DNA from: Myxococcota bacterium
GTDB lineage: Bacteria > Myxococcota_A > UBA9160 > UBA4427
DNA length: 64,000 nucleotides
Direction of reading: 5' to 3'
Assembly: GCA_965250285.1 (NCBI GenBank)
Contig: OZ252299.1
Location: forward strand, 3,104,001-3,168,000
Shown piece by piece: positions 58,996 to 64,000 of this stretch. The position numbers and the translations under genes were made by a program. How positions within the stretch are numbered: the first letter of the stretch is position 1; the number at the start of each line of letters is the position of its first letter. A model generated the notes under the pieces. It was not told where the DNA came from and made no database searches. It was given only the letters and a program-made list of their open reading frames with translations.

Positions 58996-59556
58996 CTAGG
59001 TCAACGACTCGGCGTCGATCAGCTCGGCGACCAGCGTCTGGAGCGCCCGTCGAGCCCGGCGGGTCGTCGCCGTCTCGGGGGCCCGCCGCGCGGTGCGCAC
59101 GAGCTGGCGCAGCTGCTGACGATCGGCGTGGGGGGTCCGCTCGACGAGCGCCTGAATCGCCGGATCCCCCTCCTCGAGCAGCCGCTCGAGCCACTGCGCG
59201 GCCGGACCGGGTGGCCCGGAGGCACCCGGCGCGTAGCTCGATCCCAGTCCGCGCTCGAGCCGCTGCTCGAGGGCCTCGAGGTCGCTGCGCCGAAGGATGC
59301 CATGCACGAACTTCGCCTGGCGGTTGCGCGCCGAGCCCTTGAGCGCGTTCAGCTCGGCGAGGGCCTTGCAAAGATCTTCATCGAGCTTCAGCGCCTCGCG
59401 CTCGTGCGGGCGCAGCGCGACCAGACGCTGGGTCAGCGCCTCGATGCCCTGGCGCTCCTGTTTCTTCTCGCGGTGGGAACGGCGATGCGGCGCATCGGCT
59501 TCGGCCGCGGCGTTCGACTCGCTCGGTGTCTCGGGATCCCGGCGGCGCGCAGTCAT
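58996..59556 (-). CDS. yjgA: ribosome biogenesis factor YjgA/DarP (DUF615)
   Basis: S..EKK.E, L...LV.L, ARNRQAKFV, DRQQLRQLVR. Confidence 0.8.
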   Translation of the reverse strand: MTARRRDPETPSESNAAAEADAPHRRSHREKKQERQGIEALTQRLVALRPHEREALKLDEDLCKALAELNALKGSARNRQAKFVHGILRRSDLEALEQRLERGLGSSYAPGASGPPGPAAQWLERLLEEGDPAIQALVERTPHADRQQLRQLVRTARRAPETATTRRARRALQTLVAELIDAESLT

Positions 59557-59608
59557 GGCGCGCGAACGCTAGCCCTGCCCGTGCGATCCGACGAACCCGA
59601 GGCGAGCG

Positions 59609-59983
59609 CTACTCGGGCGGATCGAGATCGAGCCCCAGCTCGCGCTGCCGCTTCTTCGAGAGCCCGAGACCGACAATGCGGTGCGATTCGCGGATCAGTG
59701 TCTCGAGGGCCGCTGCATCGAGCCCGGGCGCGGCGTAGTGCTGAATCCAGGTCATGCCCCGCGACGCCAGATAGGGCGCGGGGCGCACCCCGGGCAGCGC
59801 GGTCAACATGTCGAAGTCGTCGGCGCTCACCTTGAACGTGAACGCGGGCTCGTCCTCGGCCCAGCCGCCGATCGCGAAGACCTTGCCGCCGACCTTCCAG
59901 ACATCGGAGCCGCCCCACTGCACGACGTGGGTCGTCGCGGGCAACCCCTTGCAGAACGCGTTGAACGCGTCGTAGGAGAGCAT
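59609..59983 (-). CDS. MmcQ/YjbR family protein
   Basis: C..LP.T, WKVGGKVFA, RPAPYLA, I.ES..IV...L.KK. Confidence 0.88.
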   Translation of the reverse strand: MLSYDAFNAFCKGLPATTHVVQWGGSDVWKVGGKVFAIGGWAEDEPAFTFKVSADDFDMLTALPGVRPAPYLASRGMTWIQHYAAPGLDAAALETLIRESHRIVGLGLSKKRQRELGLDLDPPE

Positions 59984-60108
59984 GGGGCGAAGCATTGCAC
60001 GTCGGCGCAATCCGGTCTCGCGGCGCTCGTCGCGTCGGCGTCGCGGCGCGCTAGCGTCCACCGGCGAGCACGCCAGCGCACGAACCCCAACGCAGGGAGA
60101 GCGAACCC

Positions 60109-60945
60109 ATGAGCGATCACGTCGAAGGCAAGGTCATCGTCATCACCGGCGCCGGGGGCGGCTTCGGCCGGCTCGTGACCCAGAAGTGCGCCGCCCGCGG
60201 CGCGCGCATCGTCGCCGCCGACATCGACGAGGCGGCGCTCGCCGAGACGCTCGCATCGACGCAGGATGCGCCGGGCAAGGTCATCACGATGCGCACCGAC
60301 GTCACGCGGCTCGACGAGATGCGGGCGCTCGCGGCGCGCGCCATCGATGAGTTCGGTGCCCTCGACGTCATGGTGAACAACGCGGGCACGATGCCGCTCG
60401 CGCTGTATGCCGACCACGAGATCGCGGGCGCAGCCTGGGATCGCTGCATCGACATCAACATCAAGGGCGTGCTGCACGGCATCATGGCGGCCTGGGACGC
60501 GATGATCGAGCAAGGGCGCGGTCAGGTGATCAACATCTCGTCGATCTACGGCAACTATCCCGTTGCAGGGGCGGCGGTCTACGGGGCGACGAAGGCGGCG
60601 GTAAACGTCCTCTCCGAATCGCTGCGCCAGGAATCGCAGGGCCGCATCAAGGTGACCACGGTGCGGCCGACGGGTGTGCCGGGGACGGGTCTGGGCGCAG
60701 GCGTACTCAACCCGGCCGCCCTCGGCGGGATCCTCGGCAAGCACGAGGAACCCTTCATGCAGACGATGGGTGAGCTCATGGGCGAGAACCCCCCGGCCGA
60801 GCTCGCCGACCCCGAGCGCATCGAGTACTACATGCTCTCGCCCGAGCTGCTGGCCGATCAGATCGTGTACGTCATCGACCAGCCGTGGGGCGTCTCGATC
60901 GGGGACATCACCGTGCGCGCATCGGGCGACGTGTACGTCATCTGA
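60109..60945 (+). CDS. short-chain dehydrogenase/reductase
   Basis: TGAGGGFG, NNAG, INISS, YGATK. Confidence 0.92.
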   Translation: MSDHVEGKVIVITGAGGGFGRLVTQKCAARGARIVAADIDEAALAETLASTQDAPGKVITMRTDVTRLDEMRALAARAIDEFGALDVMVNNAGTMPLALYADHEIAGAAWDRCIDINIKGVLHGIMAAWDAMIEQGRGQVINISSIYGNYPVAGAAVYGATKAAVNVLSESLRQESQGRIKVTTVRPTGVPGTGLGAGVLNPAALGGILGKHEEPFMQTMGELMGENPPAELADPERIEYYMLSPELLADQIVYVIDQPWGVSIGDITVRASGDVYVI

Positions 60946-60991
60946 GATCTGAGGACGTGATCGGATCCCCGGCCAACCGGAGCATCGGCCC

Positions 60992-61603
60992 GTGCTGACG
61001 ATCCACCACTCGCCGCAGTCGCGATCGACGCGCGTCGTCTGGTACTGCGAAGAGCTCGGCCTCGACTATCGACTCGAGCCCGTCGAGATGTTCAGCGATG
61101 CGATGAAGCGGCCCGAGTACCTGGCCGTTCACCCGCTCGGCAAGGTGCCCGCCCTCGACGACGACGGGTTCGTGCTCTGGGAGACGGGCGCGATCCTGCA
61201 GTATCTCGACGCGAAGCACGGCGGCGGGGCGCTGATCCCGCCGCCCGACACCGAAGCCGGTGCGCGCACTGCCCAGTGGATGGGGTTTGGCGAGAATCCG
61301 CTCACCATCATCATGGGCGAGATCGCCGCCCACAGCGGACCGATGCCCGAGAAGTGGCGGGTGCCCGCGCTCGTCGATCGGGGTCGCGAGACCGCGCCCG
61401 AGCTGGTCGCGGTCGTCGAGCGCGCGCTGGGCGACGCCCCCTGGATCGTCGGCGAGACGTTCAGCGCCGCCGACATCATGCTGGCCTACGGCTTGATGAT
61501 TGCGCGGCACCTGGGCTTCGTGAGCGAAGCGACGCCACGCACGCTCGCGTACTGCGATCGCGCGATGGCCCGCCCCGCCTTCGGCCGAGCGATGGGCGCC
61601 TAG
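60992..61603 (+). CDS. glutathione S-transferase family protein
   Basis: SRS.RV.W..EELG, HPLGKVPAL, ETGAILQYL, FSAADI, RPAF. Confidence 0.93.
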   Translation: MLTIHHSPQSRSTRVVWYCEELGLDYRLEPVEMFSDAMKRPEYLAVHPLGKVPALDDDGFVLWETGAILQYLDAKHGGGALIPPPDTEAGARTAQWMGFGENPLTIIMGEIAAHSGPMPEKWRVPALVDRGRETAPELVAVVERALGDAPWIVGETFSAADIMLAYGLMIARHLGFVSEATPRTLAYCDRAMARPAFGRAMGA

Positions 61604-61610
61604 ACGAAAG

Positions 61611-62873
61611 CTACGACGCGATGCGGTAGCGCATCGGCAGCTTCTTCAGGCCCACCACGAAGCTCGAGTGGATCCACTCGGGATCGCCTGCGAACTCGGC
61701 CGACTCGATGCGGCGCGAGAGCTCGAGCCAGAGCGCGCGCTGCGAGCGGCGGGCGAGGTTCGCACCGAGGCAGAAGTGCTCGCCGATCCCGAAGCCGAGA
61801 TGCCGATTCGGCTGGCGGTCGATCCGCAGCGAGAACGGGTCTTCGAAGACGTCCTCGTCGCGATTGGCCGACGAGTAGAGCATCACCAGGCGTTCGCCCT
61901 CGCTGATCGTCTGACCGCGCAGCTCGGTGTCGGCCGTTGCGGTGCGGACCATGTAGTTGACCGGCGTCGTCCAGCGGACCAGCTCTTCGACGGCCGCCTC
62001 GACGAGCGAGGGATCGCGGCGCAGAGCGTCGTACTGGTCGGGGGCGTCGAGGAAGGCGCGCATCCCACCCACGAGCGCGTTCTTCGTCGTGTCGTGCCCG
62101 GCGGTGAAGGTGATGAGGAAGTAGCCGAAGGTCTCCATCGGCCCCATGAGCTCGCCGTCGACGCGCCCGTTGGCCAGCACCGAAGCGAGGTCGTCGCTCG
62201 GGTTCGCCCGGCGATCCTGAATCACCTTGTCGAAGAGCTGGTAGAGCTCGAGGCCGAGCTCCATCGTCGCCTGGGCGCGGTCTTCGCCCTCACGCTGAAG
62301 ATCGGGGTCGTCGCCCGCGAAGAGCTGGTTGGTCAGCTCGAGGATCTTCGGCTCGTCTTCGCGGGGCAGGCCGAGCGCGTGGGCCAGAATGCGAAGTGGA
62401 TGACGCGCGGCGATGTCGTTCGCGAAGTCGCAGACGCCCTCGCCGTCGGGCCCCGCCTTGGCTTCGAGCTCGTCGACGAGCTCACGGGCGCTCTGGTCGA
62501 CCAGGTCGTCGAGGGCGCGCACCGCGCGCGGCGTGAACGAAGCGCTGCTCACCTTGCGCACGGCGCGATGCTCGGGCGGATCCATCTCGATGATGACGCG
62601 CATGGCGCCCAGGCCCTGCTGCTCGTCCTCGCGCATGGTCAGCTGCTCGTCGCTCATCAGCACGATGCCGGGCTCGTTCGAGAAGAGCTCGGGATCCTTC
62701 GAGATGCGGCAGATGTCCTCGTGCTTCGTCACCGCCCAGAAGCTCTGGAAGCCTTCGGGCTCGAAGAACGCGAGCGGGTTCTCTGCGCGCAGCCGGGTCA
62801 TCAGCTCGTGCGGGTGCCCACCCGCCGCGTAGGCATGGGGGTCGATCAGGGCGAGGCCGTCCTTGGCTTGCAT
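61611..62873 (-). CDS. cytochrome P450
   Basis: MDPPEH, AGHDTT, EELVR, HLGFGIGEHFCLG heme ligand motif. Confidence 0.96.
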   Translation of the reverse strand: MQAKDGLALIDPHAYAAGGHPHELMTRLRAENPLAFFEPEGFQSFWAVTKHEDICRISKDPELFSNEPGIVLMSDEQLTMREDEQQGLGAMRVIIEMDPPEHRAVRKVSSASFTPRAVRALDDLVDQSARELVDELEAKAGPDGEGVCDFANDIAARHPLRILAHALGLPREDEPKILELTNQLFAGDDPDLQREGEDRAQATMELGLELYQLFDKVIQDRRANPSDDLASVLANGRVDGELMGPMETFGYFLITFTAGHDTTKNALVGGMRAFLDAPDQYDALRRDPSLVEAAVEELVRWTTPVNYMVRTATADTELRGQTISEGERLVMLYSSANRDEDVFEDPFSLRIDRQPNRHLGFGIGEHFCLGANLARRSQRALWLELSRRIESAEFAGDPEWIHSSFVVGLKKLPMRYRIAS

Positions 62874-62939
62874 GGGGGGATCCTTTCGCTGGACGGCGAC
62901 CGAAGGCGCGGTCGCCGCCTTGCTTCGCATCGAAACGAC

Positions 62940-62968
62940 GAGACCGATAAATTATCAGAATCGGTTTC
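62940..62968. promoter_or_regulatory. candidate TetR operator between divergent P450 and tetR
   Basis: GAGACCGAT-N11-ATCGGTTTC inverted repeat with overlapping GATAA-A-TTATC palindrome in an AT-rich patch. Confidence 0.55.
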
Positions 62969-63006
62969 CAGAAACCAGATCCAGGTAATCTGCTAGCCTG
63001 CCCGCC

Positions 63007-63684
63007 ATGTCGAGCGAGCCCGCACAGCCCTCTCCCCGCGGCCGCCCCCCGCGGGTCACCCCGGAGCGCCTGCGCAACGCGCTGCTCGCGATCGAGGGCG
63101 AGGTGCCGACGATGGCCCGGCTCGCCCGCCAGCTCGAGGTGGGCGTCGCCACGCTCTACACGCACGTCCGGGGTCAGGACGAGCTGCGACGCCTCGCGGG
63201 CGACGTCGCATTCGACGCCTGGGGGCTGCCGCCGGTCGAGCCCGGCATGCACTGGTCGACGTGGGCGTACGCGTACGCACTCGACGCGCGCACGATGGCG
63301 GCGCGCTACCCGGCCGTGACCGGCGCGCGGGCGCTGGCAGGGGGCCAGCTTCGCTACGCCGATCGGGTGCTCGGGCGCTTCGTCGAATTCGGCTTCACGC
63401 CCGACGAGGCGCTCGCCGCCTTCAACGCGATCGTGCTGATCGTGCTCGGCGTGGGCGCGCAGCTTGCCGCCATGCGGGGCGAAGAGATCGAAGCCGGCCA
63501 GTCGGGCTGGGATCTGTTTCGCGATGCGCTCGCAGCCCAACCCGACGAACTCGACGTGCTCGGGCGCCTCTCGGCCAACGCCCTGCCCGATCCCGACAGC
63601 GCCTACGGTGATCTCGTCTGGTACACGCTGTGCGGCATCGCGCGGCAACGCGGCGAGACGCTCGCACCCGATCCACCGGCCTGA
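63007..63684 (+). CDS. TetR/AcrR family regulator
   Basis: RGRPP, TMARLARQLEVGVATLYTHV HTH. Confidence 0.88.
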   Translation: MSSEPAQPSPRGRPPRVTPERLRNALLAIEGEVPTMARLARQLEVGVATLYTHVRGQDELRRLAGDVAFDAWGLPPVEPGMHWSTWAYAYALDARTMAARYPAVTGARALAGGQLRYADRVLGRFVEFGFTPDEALAAFNAIVLIVLGVGAQLAAMRGEEIEAGQSGWDLFRDALAAQPDELDVLGRLSANALPDPDSAYGDLVWYTLCGIARQRGETLAPDPPA

Positions 63685-63711
63685 AGCACTCGCTCGCCGC
63701 TGCCGACCCGC

Positions 63712-64000
63712 TCAGATCGTGAGCGGCGCGACCTCGTCGAGGGTCAGCTTGCGCTCGGCGATGCCTGCGAAGCCATCCGTGCCGGTGTAGGTCTCTTCAC
63801 CGACCAGCTTGCCCTGCGCGTGATCCACGGGCCACACGACGCTCATGCGCGTCTCGTAGAGGTAGTACGCCTCGGGGTCGTCGACCTCGATGCCCATGGC
63901 CTGCAGCGTCGCGCCGGGATACGCCATGCGCATCACGCCCTCGGTCATCACCGCGTCGCGGTCGGCGATCACGCGGTCGCAGTCGAGCTCGAGCCGATGG
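63712..64000 (-). CDS. 3-prime part of a gene entering from the right edge, possibly NTF2/SnoaL-like
   Basis: Open frame runs off the window; VVWPVD..GKLVGEETY pattern. Confidence 0.55.
   Translation of the reverse strand, partial: HRLELDCDRVIADRDAVMTEGVMRMAYPGATLQAMGIEVDDPEAYYLYETRMSVVWPVDHAQGKLVGEETYTGTDGFAGIAERKLTLDEVAPLTI

Noticed and set aside
1..64000. Mobile elements, prophage, defence systems, rRNA/tRNA
   Set aside because: No transposase, integrase, phage or defence motifs, and no rRNA/tRNA signatures recognised; composition looks uniform apart from short regulatory patches

Overview
This is a very GC-rich (roughly 70% by eye), densely coding bacterial chromosome segment. Gene content (Na+-NQR, Ser/Thr kinase, ExeA-like ATPase, sigma54 pilin-like gene, many lipid/aromatic oxidoreductases) suggests a marine Myxococcota/deltaproteobacterium-like organism; this is inference only. 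It opens with a complete nqrABCDEF-apbE-nqrM operon. Convergent with it is an apparently uncharacterised four-gene operon with a Fur-box-like site upstream: outer-membrane porin, FMN-binding protein, His-containing 4-TM protein and a second ApbE. This is the best candidate for an undescribed system (flavinylation-dependent, iron-regulated extracytoplasmic electron transfer or iron uptake). Two intergenic regions look like unannotated structured RNAs (about 13.77-13.87 kb on the minus strand and about 22.98-23.15 kb on the plus strand). The rest is housekeeping and accessory metabolism: rsmE, apaG, murA (Cys-to-Asp type), argJ, csp, an RND pump, a MoxR-DUF58-transglutaminase triad, P450, carotenoid oxygenase, amidase and thiolase. 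Two tandem repeats triplicate gene ends at convergent junctions. I saw no rRNA, tRNA, CRISPR array, transposase or phage genes. All calls come from motif reading, not database searches; some start codons were re-assigned by eye.
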